Shown piece after piece: positions 17,127 through 24,905 of a stretch of DNA of 32,910 bases (its first letter is position 1; each line of letters starts with the position of its first letter). A program made the position numbers and the translations under genes. The DNA comes from a virus. Lineage: Duplodnaviria > Caudoviricetes. The notes beneath the pieces are model-generated. The model had not been told where the DNA came from. It was given only the letters and a program-made list of their open reading frames with translations, and ran no database searches. The stretch lies in IMG/VR virus record IMGVR_UViG_3300028906_000009, positions 1-32,910 of that record. One strand, 5' to 3'.

Positions 17127-17272
17127 TACGGGTTCCTCCGTCCTCGCCGCCCGCGCCCGGTGCCTTGCCGATGACCTCGAGCGCGCTTGACGCGCGTGGT
17201 CGGGCGTTTGGTCGGGAGTTTTCCGGCGGGGTCGACGCGGCTGCGAGGCCCGAGCCTCACGCCTCTAGCCAT
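17126..17272 (-). CDS. Arg-rich peptide 5 (48 aa)
   Basis: MARGVRLGPRSRVDPAGKLPTKRPTTRVKRARGHRQGTGRGRRGRRNP; SD AGGAGG; TGATG coupling. Confidence 0.78.
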   Translation of the reverse strand: MARGVRLGPRSRVDPAGKLPTKRPTTRVKRARGHRQGTGRGRRGRRNP

Positions 17273-17391
17273 CACATCCTCCTACCCTTGCGGTACGAGT
17301 AGAGGCGCGGCCTCCAGCTCGGCAACCGCCAGCTTCTGGGTTGCAGCTGCCTGCGCAAATTTTGAGTGTTGCGCAGGCCGGTGCGCTTCAC
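17272..17391 (-). CDS. Arg-rich peptide 4 (39 aa)
   Basis: MKRTGLRNTQNLRRQLQPRSWRLPSWRPRLYSYRKGRRM; GTG start 4 nt after the previous stop; SD-like AAGGT. Confidence 0.65.
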   Translation of the reverse strand: MKRTGLRNTQNLRRQLQPRSWRLPSWRPRLYSYRKGRRM

Positions 17392-17395
17392 AGCC

Positions 17396-17461
17396 CTACC
17401 TTCCGCGCTTGCGAGCTCGGATGCGGCGGGCTCGACGGGTTTGTCTGAGGCGTTTTGCCAC
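17396..17461 (-). CDS. Protamine-like peptide 3 (21 aa)
   Basis: MAKRLRQTRRARRIRARKRGR; GTG start 5 nt after the previous stop. Confidence 0.65.
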   Translation of the reverse strand: MAKRLRQTRRARRIRARKRGR

Positions 17462-17466
17462 GGGAC

Positions 17467-17547
17467 TTACCGCCGGCGACCTCTACGACCCCTTCGCCGT
17501 CCCCGGCGATCTTCCGTAAAGTCGTCCCAATGCACAGTCGGTCCCAT
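17467..17547 (-). CDS. Protamine-like peptide 2 (26 aa)
   Basis: MGPTVHWDDFTEDRRGRRRGRRGRRR; SD AGGAG. Confidence 0.75.
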   Translation of the reverse strand: MGPTVHWDDFTEDRRGRRRGRRGRRR

Positions 17548-17556
17548 GTGGCTCTC

Positions 17557-17598
17557 CTATCGATGATGTCGACGGCCACGGCGCGTCAGTCGAGCCAT
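17557..17598 (-). CDS. Protamine-like peptide 1 (13 aa)
   Basis: MARLTRRGRRHHR; SD AAGGTG; its stop overlaps the next SD. Confidence 0.6.
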   Translation of the reverse strand: MARLTRRGRRHHR

Positions 17599-17658
17599 GG
17601 CGGCACCTTCGCACTTTCTCGCGCCCTGGATGGCGCGCCCGGCTAGACTGCCACTTCG

Positions 17659-19287
17659 TCAGGCGCCGAACAAGGTCCGCTCCTCGGCCGACAAGTGGAT
17701 TCTCTCGATGGTGAAATCGGGCGAGTAGCTCTGCAGGTCGATCGCCGCCCAGATCCCGGCGCCAGAGATCGGCGAGGGGATGATCCCCGAGCTCGCGCCG
17801 GCCGCGAGTTCGAAGTCGATTCCCTGCACCCCGCCAGGCACGCCGCCGCCCCCGCTGGTGACCTGGCCGGTCATCTGCACCCCGCGGCCGTCGTTGTCGT
17901 CGAGCTCGCAGTAGATCCGCTTCGAGTTCTTGATCCCCAGCTGCGCCGCGTCCTTGCCGCGCAGCGACTTGGTCGACAGCCGCTTGACGAGCGTCGGGTC
18001 GGGCCGCGCGAACAGCTGGTAGAGGTTCGAGCCGTCGGTGCCGTAGGGGATCATCAGGCTGTCCTGCTCGTAAGAGCCGATGTTGGTGAGCTCGACCCCC
18101 TGGCTGGCGACCGACCAGAACTCATGCCCCTTGGTCGGATGCCACATCAGCTGCAGATTGCGCGTCACCCCCCACGGATCTTTGAACCGCCCGTTGAGCA
18201 GCAGGACGCGGAAGCCGAACATGGTGGCGGGCGCGAAGGTCGGCAGATAGGTCGAGGCGTCGAGGGTGTTCCAAAGGCCACTGACCTTGTCGCCGATCGG
18301 ACGCCCTTCGCCGCCCTCCATCAGGAAGACCCCGGCGCCGTTGAAGGTCGCCATGTACCGGCCGATGCGGCCGATCGGGCGCGGGAATCGCTGGCCGACC
18401 TGGGGGTCGACGTTCGAATAGATGAAGTTAGTGGTGAACGGCGCTTCGACCGTGCCGCTGCCGACCAGCGACAGGTTCCAAATCATGTCGGTCGAAGAAT
18501 CGCCGAAACAATAGAGAAACCCGCTCGACTGGCAGAGGTCCATGTACGAGTAGACCAGGCGATCGCCAAAATAGCCAAGACTGCCGCCGCCGTTGATGGT
18601 CGAAAAGTCGGCGCCGTTCGACGGGGCGCTGAACGAAATCACGTCCTTGCCGGCGACCCACAGCCGCGACTGGTAGACTTCCATCGCATAGATGCCGGGC
18701 AGACCGGACGGCATCGGCGGGATCGGAGCGGTCGGGTCCGACTCCTGCAAGTCGGTCAGCCAATCGGGCGCGGGATCGCCGGGCCGCGAAAGCGTCGTCC
18801 CGTCCCAGGCGTAGAGGCCAAGCGGGCTTCCGAACAGGACGCCGCCTTGCTGGCCCACGGTCGAGCCGATGAACGCCGGCCGCCAGACTTTCGCGTATCC
18901 CCAAAGGTTGGGGTAGTTGACGCCAGACCAGATCGGCCCGTTGGCGCGCAAGCCGGTGACTTGGCCGGTGTTGAGGTCGACCTCGTCGATCGTTCCGTCG
19001 TTGAGGAACATCCAGCCCATCGCGCCCGGCGGCGGCGCGCCGAATTGCGGGGTCTGGTTGCCGTAGAAGCCGAAAAACATCCGCAGGATCGGGACGCCAG
19101 GCGGCGCGGTGTAGATGACGGGACCGCGCCCCCAACAGGTCCGAAGGTTTCCCGGACCAATGGCGAAAAAATTCTCATTCCAGAACTCCTCCTCGTCGTC
19201 GATCGAGCCGCGCTTCGATTGCTGATTGAGCCCCTTCCACGCGTTCAGCGTGATGATGTCGGGAGGATTTCCGGATTGGATCGCCAT
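17659..19287 (-). CDS. Tail nozzle / packaged-DNA stabilization protein (beta-propeller-like)
   Basis: 542 aa; W.GLN start, YQSRLWVAG..ISFS repeat-type motif; follows the adaptor gene. Confidence 0.75.
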   Translation of the reverse strand: MAIQSGNPPDIITLNAWKGLNQQSKRGSIDDEEEFWNENFFAIGPGNLRTCWGRGPVIYTAPPGVPILRMFFGFYGNQTPQFGAPPPGAMGWMFLNDGTIDEVDLNTGQVTGLRANGPIWSGVNYPNLWGYAKVWRPAFIGSTVGQQGGVLFGSPLGLYAWDGTTLSRPGDPAPDWLTDLQESDPTAPIPPMPSGLPGIYAMEVYQSRLWVAGKDVISFSAPSNGADFSTINGGGSLGYFGDRLVYSYMDLCQSSGFLYCFGDSSTDMIWNLSLVGSGTVEAPFTTNFIYSNVDPQVGQRFPRPIGRIGRYMATFNGAGVFLMEGGEGRPIGDKVSGLWNTLDASTYLPTFAPATMFGFRVLLLNGRFKDPWGVTRNLQLMWHPTKGHEFWSVASQGVELTNIGSYEQDSLMIPYGTDGSNLYQLFARPDPTLVKRLSTKSLRGKDAAQLGIKNSKRIYCELDDNDGRGVQMTGQVTSGGGGVPGGVQGIDFELAAGASSGIIPSPISGAGIWAAIDLQSYSPDFTIERIHLSAEERTLFGA

Positions 19288-19416
19288 TCAGATCAGCCCC
19301 AGCCACAGTCCGAGCTCCAAGGCCGCTTTCCAGGTCGGCTGCAGCCAGAACGGCGGATCACCGCTCCAGCGCCAGTCGCGCACCTCGTCGATCGCGGCCT
19401 CGAGCTCGAGCCTCAC
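19288..19416 (-). CDS. Small hypothetical protein (42 aa)
   Basis: GTGA overlap with the adaptor stop; MRLELEAAIDEVRDWRW...LGLWLGLI; abuts the nozzle start. Confidence 0.5.
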   Translation of the reverse strand: MRLELEAAIDEVRDWRWSGDPPFWLQPTWKAALELGLWLGLI

Positions 19417-20147
19417 GCCGAGCGGAGTGTCGCTCCATAGGCGTTCTGCACCATCTGCGGACAAACGACCGAGGCGCACATCGGCAGGTCGCTGTTGAAC
19501 AGTTCGGCCATGGCTTGGGCGTCCTCCTTCCGCTGTTGCTGGAGGAGGGCCAAACAAGCCGCCCAGTAACTCACCGCGTCGGTCCATGGGTAGGGGATCG
19601 GTTCGATGTCGCCGTCGGTGAGAAGAGGCTTCGGGATCAAGGTCAAGTCAACCTCGAACGGCGAGGCGATCGACGGGATCGGCGCGAGGTAGAGGGCGGC
19701 GCTCGCGCCCTCGCCATACTGGCTCCACCAGCCAGGCTGCGAGATGGTGCCGTAGAAGGTGCCGCCGTAGATCCTGAATCTGGCTTGAAAATCCGTCCAA
19801 ACGATCCTTCGCCACATCGGTTTCCAGGTGCCTTTCTGGATCGACCAGATGCCGTCAGCGTCCTGCTCCCACTGGCCGCCGATGCCGATCGACAGCGACC
19901 TGCAGGCGAGGATCGACTGCGCTTGCGGCATCTGCTCTTGGACGAGCGCGGTCCACATGCTGAACGGATAGACCTCGCGCGACGGGATGGTCTGCGTCCC
20001 CGGCGGGACCATGCGCAGGCACCCGGAGACGGCGGCGATGCGGCGGCGCGAGCGGTTGATGTAGTTCGTCAACGTCGGGATGCGGAAGAACTGGCCTTCC
20101 GTGTCGTTCAGGTGGTTCTGAACCTCGGTGACGTATTGAGCGAGCAT
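19413..20147 (-). CDS. Head-tail adaptor / tail tubular protein A-like
   Basis: YVTEVQNHLND..LTNYINRSRRRI and LYLAPIPS..Y/F...DAVSYWAA pattern; position after head genes. Confidence 0.75.
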   Translation of the reverse strand: MLAQYVTEVQNHLNDTEGQFFRIPTLTNYINRSRRRIAAVSGCLRMVPPGTQTIPSREVYPFSMWTALVQEQMPQAQSILACRSLSIGIGGQWEQDADGIWSIQKGTWKPMWRRIVWTDFQARFRIYGGTFYGTISQPGWWSQYGEGASAALYLAPIPSIASPFEVDLTLIPKPLLTDGDIEPIPYPWTDAVSYWAACLALLQQQRKEDAQAMAELFNSDLPMCASVVCPQMVQNAYGATLRSA

Positions 20148-20156
20148 GAGGGCATC

Positions 20157-21296
20157 TTAACGCTTTCTGCGCGTCGTGCGCGTCGGCGCTCGAGAAGCGC
20201 GTCGTGCGGGCAGGGTCGCCTCCTCGTCGGCGGCGAGGAGCGCGGCGACGATGACGGTGATGGTGGCGGCCGGGCTCGTGCCCCCTGCGTTGGTTGCGGT
20301 CACGCCCAAGCTCGCCGTTCCGGCCGGGATGCCCGCCGCGCCCGCCGCCGTGACGGTCAGTGCGCCCGCGTTGCTGATCGCGTAATAACCGGCGGGGTTG
20401 CCGGTCGTGATGGCGAAAGCGGTCGGGCTGTTGCTGGCGACGACATTGCCGACGGGTTGATTGGCGGTGAGCGGCAGGGTGAGGTTGAAGGTCGCGGGGC
20501 TGACGACCGGCACGGCGGCGAGGACCGGCCCGACAGGCGGGGCGGCAGCGCTCGTCTCAACGCCATTGGTGTCCCTCGCCGTGACGATGCCGCCGATCGT
20601 CGCGCCCAGATCGTCGGCGACGAGGGTGTAGCCAGCGCCGGTCGCGCCTACGATCGGCGAACCGTTGCGCAGCCACACGCGGGCATAGGTGAACGGCGCG
20701 TTGCCGGTCCACGTCCCGGTGCTGAGGGCGAGCGACTGTCCGACGTGAATTGAGGTCAGCGGCGTGATGCCGGGCGGCACGGTGTTGACTGGCCCCTGAT
20801 TCGGGTTCGGGTTCCACGGTAATTGCGGAATGGTGGGCACCGGCGAGGGGATGATCGCAGGCGGGTTTTGGCCAGGCGTCGAGGGCAGCGGCGGCGGGAT
20901 CGCGCCGATTTTGGCGATGTTGGGGAACACGATCGGCGGCGACGGTGGGATTGTCGTGAACATCGGGAACAGGCTTGCCGGGACGGTCGCGCTGCCGGGC
21001 GGCACGAACACCGGTTGCGGAACGCCGGGGATCGAGGGCGGGACCGGCGCCGGGGCGACGGCCGGGCCGACCAGCGGGCCAACGGGGACCGGGACCGGCG
21101 CGGTGTTCGGCGAGACGGGTGGGAAAACCGGCGTGCCGGGCGGATTGCTGATCAGCGGCGGCGGCAGGATCGGCGCGCCGGTGATCGGGCCGGGCGCTGG
21201 CACGGTCGCGGAGCCGCTGCCGAACACGGGTTGCGGGATGCCCGCTATGCTCGGCGGGACCGGCGCGGGCTGGATTGGGGGCGTGCCGTTGCTCAT
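20157..21296 (-). CDS. Pro-rich virion protein with C-terminal Ig-like and cadherin-like domains
   Basis: Start MSNGTPP at 21296 (ATGA overlap). PVNTVPP.I...VGQ.L..STGTW...W.RNG.PI.GAT (Ig-like), then AITTGNPAGYYAISNAG.LTV (cadherin-like). Confidence 0.75.
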   Translation of the reverse strand: MSNGTPPIQPAPVPPSIAGIPQPVFGSGSATVPAPGPITGAPILPPPLISNPPGTPVFPPVSPNTAPVPVPVGPLVGPAVAPAPVPPSIPGVPQPVFVPPGSATVPASLFPMFTTIPPSPPIVFPNIAKIGAIPPPLPSTPGQNPPAIIPSPVPTIPQLPWNPNPNQGPVNTVPPGITPLTSIHVGQSLALSTGTWTGNAPFTYARVWLRNGSPIVGATGAGYTLVADDLGATIGGIVTARDTNGVETSAAAPPVGPVLAAVPVVSPATFNLTLPLTANQPVGNVVASNSPTAFAITTGNPAGYYAISNAGALTVTAAGAAGIPAGTASLGVTATNAGGTSPAATITVIVAALLAADEEATLPARRASRAPTRTTRRKR

Positions 21297-21763
21297 ACGC
21301 TGTACGCCTGCGTGATCTGGGCGAAGCCGCCGCCGGTGATGACGACGTTCTGGCCGTCGGCAATCACCAGTTGCCCGGTCGATCCGGGGGGAACGAGGGT
21401 CGAGAACGGGGCGGGGACGAACCGCCAGCCGAACCAATTGGGCGGGCGACGGCCGGGCGGTTGCAGCGGCGTATCGTTGAACTTCTGGAACGGCGGGCGC
21501 CACACGTTGCTCGGCGGGCAGGGCGGCGGCGGGCAGTCCGGCGGGATCTGCCCCGGAAGCATGCCAGTCCCCGGCGTTCGAGCCGGGTTGTGCGGCACCA
21601 CCGGCGGGAAGAACATGACGACCTGGTTCGAGCCGGTGGAGACGATCCACGCGCCTTTAGGGATCACATATCCGTAGCTTGGGACGGTGACTTGGCGCGG
21701 CGCCCCGAACGGCGACAGCGAATCGCCGGGTGGTCCGGGAGGCCAGGCCGAGACGGGCAGCAT
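21293..21763 (-). CDS. Pro-rich head-associated protein (156 aa)
   Basis: Starts 1 nt after the MCP stop. Confidence 0.7.
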   Translation of the reverse strand: MLPVSAWPPGPPGDSLSPFGAPRQVTVPSYGYVIPKGAWIVSTGSNQVVMFFPPVVPHNPARTPGTGMLPGQIPPDCPPPPCPPSNVWRPPFQKFNDTPLQPPGRRPPNWFGWRFVPAPFSTLVPPGSTGQLVIADGQNVVITGGGFAQITQAYSV

Positions 21764-21764
21764 C

Positions 21765-22781
21765 TCAGAACGGCGCTCCTCCCGTTATCCCCTGGATCTG
21801 GATGCCAGTGCTCGGCTTAGAGCAAACCAAATTGAGCGCAGTGAGCGATAGGCCCACGCTCGCAATCTGGCCTTGCGGGATCGTCGAATACCAGCCGGTC
21901 CATGCAAAATTTGCATCTTCGTGGATCACTAGAGTGATGTATTTACTGTTGAACCCGTAGGCGGTGCCCTGGGGGCAATTCAAATCAAAGAACAGGGGGG
22001 TATCGCCTAACAACAAGCCTCGGAAGCCGCTGTTGACCGGGTCATCCTTGCCCCACCTCGAGCTCGGGTCGTTGTTGTACCGCTCGACGGCCATGAAATC
22101 GGTCAACAAGGTCGTCCAGTCCTCGACGCTCATCACGACGAAGTCGAGCGCCTCGCCGCCGCTGTTCTTCACCGCCGCCAACATGTTGGGGATGAACGCG
22201 GCGCGGGTCAGGATGTCCCCGGCTCCGGTCGTCACCAGGGCTTGCCAGTCTGGATAAGTCGTCCGGCTTAAGCCGCCGAAGGTCGGCGCGGTGGCGGCGT
22301 TGCCGTAGGCGTCCTGCAGTGAGAACATTTGCAGAACATTGGCCACCGGCGGCCCGAACAAGGCCGAAGTGAGCGCCTGCAGGCTCGAGTTCTTCAGGTC
22401 GTTGAGCTTGAGCATAAGCCGCGACGCCACGGCGATCGCGTCCTGGGTCACCAGCTGCTCGAGGCCGAGCGAGCTCACCGGGGTGGCCAGACAACACATG
22501 TTAAATTCCGCATTGACCGTTGCGGCGACGTCCTGAGGCAGGTTGAACTGGCCGGCCGGCCCAATCCAGCTTGATTGGACATACTGCCCGGTCTGCACCG
22601 GCTGGGTGTACGGCGAGACGCCGCCGCTAGCGCGAATTGCATTCCGGAGAAGCAACGCTAAAAGCGGGTTCTGTTTGTAAATTAGGATGACGACCATCTG
22701 CGCAAAGACGCGCCTCACGGTCGCTTGCAACTCAAGGCCAATCGGCCCGCTTGGAATGATGCCGGCCCCTAGGATTGGCAT
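21765..22781 (-). CDS. Major capsid protein
   Basis: 338 aa; follows the scaffold; N-terminal ELQATVRR, GGLSRTTYPDW and GFRGLLLGDTPLFFD patterns of HK97-fold podoviral MCPs. Confidence 0.85.
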   Translation of the reverse strand: MPILGAGIIPSGPIGLELQATVRRVFAQMVVILIYKQNPLLALLLRNAIRASGGVSPYTQPVQTGQYVQSSWIGPAGQFNLPQDVAATVNAEFNMCCLATPVSSLGLEQLVTQDAIAVASRLMLKLNDLKNSSLQALTSALFGPPVANVLQMFSLQDAYGNAATAPTFGGLSRTTYPDWQALVTTGAGDILTRAAFIPNMLAAVKNSGGEALDFVVMSVEDWTTLLTDFMAVERYNNDPSSRWGKDDPVNSGFRGLLLGDTPLFFDLNCPQGTAYGFNSKYITLVIHEDANFAWTGWYSTIPQGQIASVGLSLTALNLVCSKPSTGIQIQGITGGAPF

Positions 22782-22787
22782 GGGAGT

Positions 22788-23327
22788 TTACCTTCCTCTC
22801 GCGCTCTCCTGATCCTTGTGGATCGCGCCTAAAATCTCCTTTCGTCCCCACGCTTCTGGGTCTTTGGCGATGTCGGCAAAATTTGGCGCTTGTTCATGGT
22901 GCCAAAAGCCGGTGTCGTATGTCGGTTCCGACGTCTTTGGGTTCTTAGCTGCCCTGTAACGGGCCGCGACCTCGTAGTCGCCGACGCCCTTGTCTTGCAT
23001 CCACCCCTCGAGGTCTTTCATTCCCTCCTCGGTGAATCCGTACTCGTCCTGGACCTGTTTGCGCTGGGTCCGCCACTTCTCATCCTCCTGCGCCCGGCGC
23101 GTGGAGGCCTCGGCGTCCGATCGCTGCTTGCGGTCGGCGTCGATCTGCGCCTGCACCCGGTCCTCGATATCGAGATCCGGGATCGCCAGATTGGGATACT
23201 TTTTCTTGATCAGGCGCTTGGCCTCTTTGGTCAGCGCCGGGTCGTTGTAGATCGATTCGACGAAGTCGGCGGTGATCCGCTTGTTCTGCAGGAAGGCAAA
23301 TTCCTCGTCCGAAATCGTGCGCGGCAT
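22788..23327 (-). CDS. Scaffolding protein candidate
   Basis: Charged helical/coiled-coil protein directly upstream of the MCP; SD GGAG. Confidence 0.7.
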   Translation of the reverse strand: MPRTISDEEFAFLQNKRITADFVESIYNDPALTKEAKRLIKKKYPNLAIPDLDIEDRVQAQIDADRKQRSDAEASTRRAQEDEKWRTQRKQVQDEYGFTEEGMKDLEGWMQDKGVGDYEVAARYRAAKNPKTSEPTYDTGFWHHEQAPNFADIAKDPEAWGRKEILGAIHKDQESARGR

Positions 23328-23405
23328 CTACGGCTCCAAAAAGTTGCCGCTGTTTAAGCCGCCCCACCACGGACGACTAGGGCAAAGGGACAAGTCCCAC
23401 ACCAC
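23328..23405 (-). CDS. Possible 25-aa small ORF
   Basis: GAGGGGAG then GTG; MVWDLSLCPSRPWWGGLNSGNFLEP; its stop abuts the scaffold ATG. Confidence 0.3.
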   Translation of the reverse strand: MVWDLSLCPSRPWWGGLNSGNFLEP

Positions 23406-23427
23406 GCGGCGCTCCCCTCTGGTATCC

Positions 23428-23613
23428 TCAGTTGTTGTTGGTCTTGCCAACGACGTTCGGTTGCAAGGGCACGCCGCCCTCGGGCTTCGGCACGACCTTC
23501 GGGATCGCGCCCCACTCGCTCACTTCCGACTGGGTGTCGACCTGCAGGATGGTGCGAGGCGGCGTCTCAGGCGGCGAGGTGATCGGCGGGTCGTAGCTTC
23601 GATTTTGCGCCAT
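23428..23613 (-). CDS. Small head-module protein (61 aa)
   Basis: Strong SD AGGAGGT before ATG. Confidence 0.75.
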   Translation of the reverse strand: MAQNRSYDPPITSPPETPPRTILQVDTQSEVSEWGAIPKVVPKPEGGVPLQPNVVGKTNNN

Positions 23614-24232
23614 GTTTACCTCCTACCCAAAAGAGAAGTCCGAAACCAAGGATGAGCATCGCCCAGGTCGAAGGCTCGGGAACGCCGGTCGTCAACTGCA
23701 CCGAGCCGCCGAACGACTGCCTCGGCGCCGTGAAGTCGATGGCGAATTGAGCCTCATCCGAGGTGAACGCGCCAGTCGCCGCCGAGACCGGTCCGAAGGA
23801 GCCGTCGAGCAGCGCGACGGGGAACGTGTGCGTGGCGAGCAACCCGCCATTGGCGAAGGTGCTTTCGGTCGTCGGGCCGGGATCGTTGGTCAGACCGTTG
23901 ACGGTGAATGTCGAGAGCGTGTTCCCGGTCCCGAAGATGGCGCTTTGCAGGATGTCGACCGTCAGCGTGTGCGAGCCGGTAAAGCCGACCGCGGCCGTGG
24001 CGTCGAGCGTCACGCTCGACAGGTCCGCATTCGGCAGAATCGGCGAGCCTTGAGCGTTGATGGTGATGTTGGCGAAGTTCGCGTCGTTGGCGGTGAGGCT
24101 CGCCGCGCCCGTGGTGACGCCGCTGATGTTGTCGATCAGCGTCCCGTTGTCGAAGACTTCGATTTGCAGCGTCGCCGCCGCCGGCGTGGCGAGCGAGGCG
24201 AGGACGGCGGTGGCAAGCAATAATCTGTTCAT
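23567..24232 (-). CDS. PEP-CTERM (PEPxxWA-type) sorting-domain surface protein
   Basis: SD GAGGGG; signal peptide MNRLLLATAVLASLATPAAA; T/S/G-rich beta body; VPEPSTWAMLILGFGLLFWVG plus basic residues. Confidence 0.9.
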   Translation of the reverse strand: MNRLLLATAVLASLATPAAATLQIEVFDNGTLIDNISGVTTGAASLTANDANFANITINAQGSPILPNADLSSVTLDATAAVGFTGSHTLTVDILQSAIFGTGNTLSTFTVNGLTNDPGPTTESTFANGGLLATHTFPVALLDGSFGPVSAATGAFTSDEAQFAIDFTAPRQSFGGSVQLTTGVPEPSTWAMLILGFGLLFWVGGKHGAKSKLRPADHLAA

Positions 24233-24270
24233 AATCGGACCCCTCGTGTTTGGTGACGGGATCACGGTTA

Positions 24271-24789
24271 TCACGACCCAGGCAGGGGCGTCGATGGCAT
24301 CGGGGCCTGCGCCGGCCCTTGCGCGCCGTCGCCGCCGCCCTGCGCTCCACCGCCAGCGCCCATCGACTGCATGCGCGCCAGCATCATGTTCTTGATCGTC
24401 TGCTTTAGCTGATCCTGCCAGGCGGTCTTCTGCACCCCTGCGCCGGCCCCGAGCGCGCCGGTGCCGCCGAGGTGGCGCGACAGCCTGGTCGCGCTCTGCA
24501 GGGCGTCGCGGTGCAACGGCGAGCCAGGCGGCAGGCCGAGCGCGGCGTGCTGGATCATCTGGATCGCCTGGTTGAGGAGCGTCATCGAGTCGGCCATGTT
24601 GCCGGGGCCAGGCGCGGAGACTTGCGGGCCCATCTTGTTGCGGGCGAGGAAGGCGAGGGCGCCGCCAGGCTGGGGAGGACCGCCTGGCGCGCCGCCGCCG
24701 CCACCCGGTGGGCCGCCAGGGGGCGCGCCGCCCGGAGGTCCGCCTTGCCCCATCGAAGGGTCGTCGTCTGTTACGTCGCCGTTCGCCAT
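24271..24789 (-). CDS. G/P-rich protein downstream of portal (172 aa)
   Basis: Head-module position; helical core flanked by GPP-rich ends. Confidence 0.75.
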   Translation of the reverse strand: MANGDVTDDDPSMGQGGPPGGAPPGGPPGGGGGAPGGPPQPGGALAFLARNKMGPQVSAPGPGNMADSMTLLNQAIQMIQHAALGLPPGSPLHRDALQSATRLSRHLGGTGALGAGAGVQKTAWQDQLKQTIKNMMLARMQSMGAGGGAQGGGDGAQGPAQAPMPSTPLPGS

Positions 24790-24905
24790 CTGCTCTCACC
24801 CGGAGGGCCGCCCCGCTCCTTGGGGGCAATACTAGCGGGGCGGTCGTCCCCGTCGTTGTGGCCGCCCGAGGGGGTTCGGGCTGGGGACGCGCGGGAAAAT
24901 AGCTC
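24790..24905 (-). other. Structured intergenic element (nested and tandem stem-loops)
   Basis: CGTCCCC/GGGGACG encloses GCCCGA/TCGGGC; then CCGCCCCGCT/AGCGGGGCGG. Both loops contain CCCCC. Confidence 0.5.

Noticed and set aside
17388-17579. 63-aa ORF from the track spanning the peptide cassette
   Set aside because: No clear SD. It overlaps peptides 1-3, which have better SDs and exact tiling. Not fully excluded.
21297-21650. Upstream open extension of the Ig-domain ORF suggesting a programmed frameshift fusion
   Set aside because: No slippery site identified, a clean ATGA start exists at 21296, and open alternative frames are common at this GC content.
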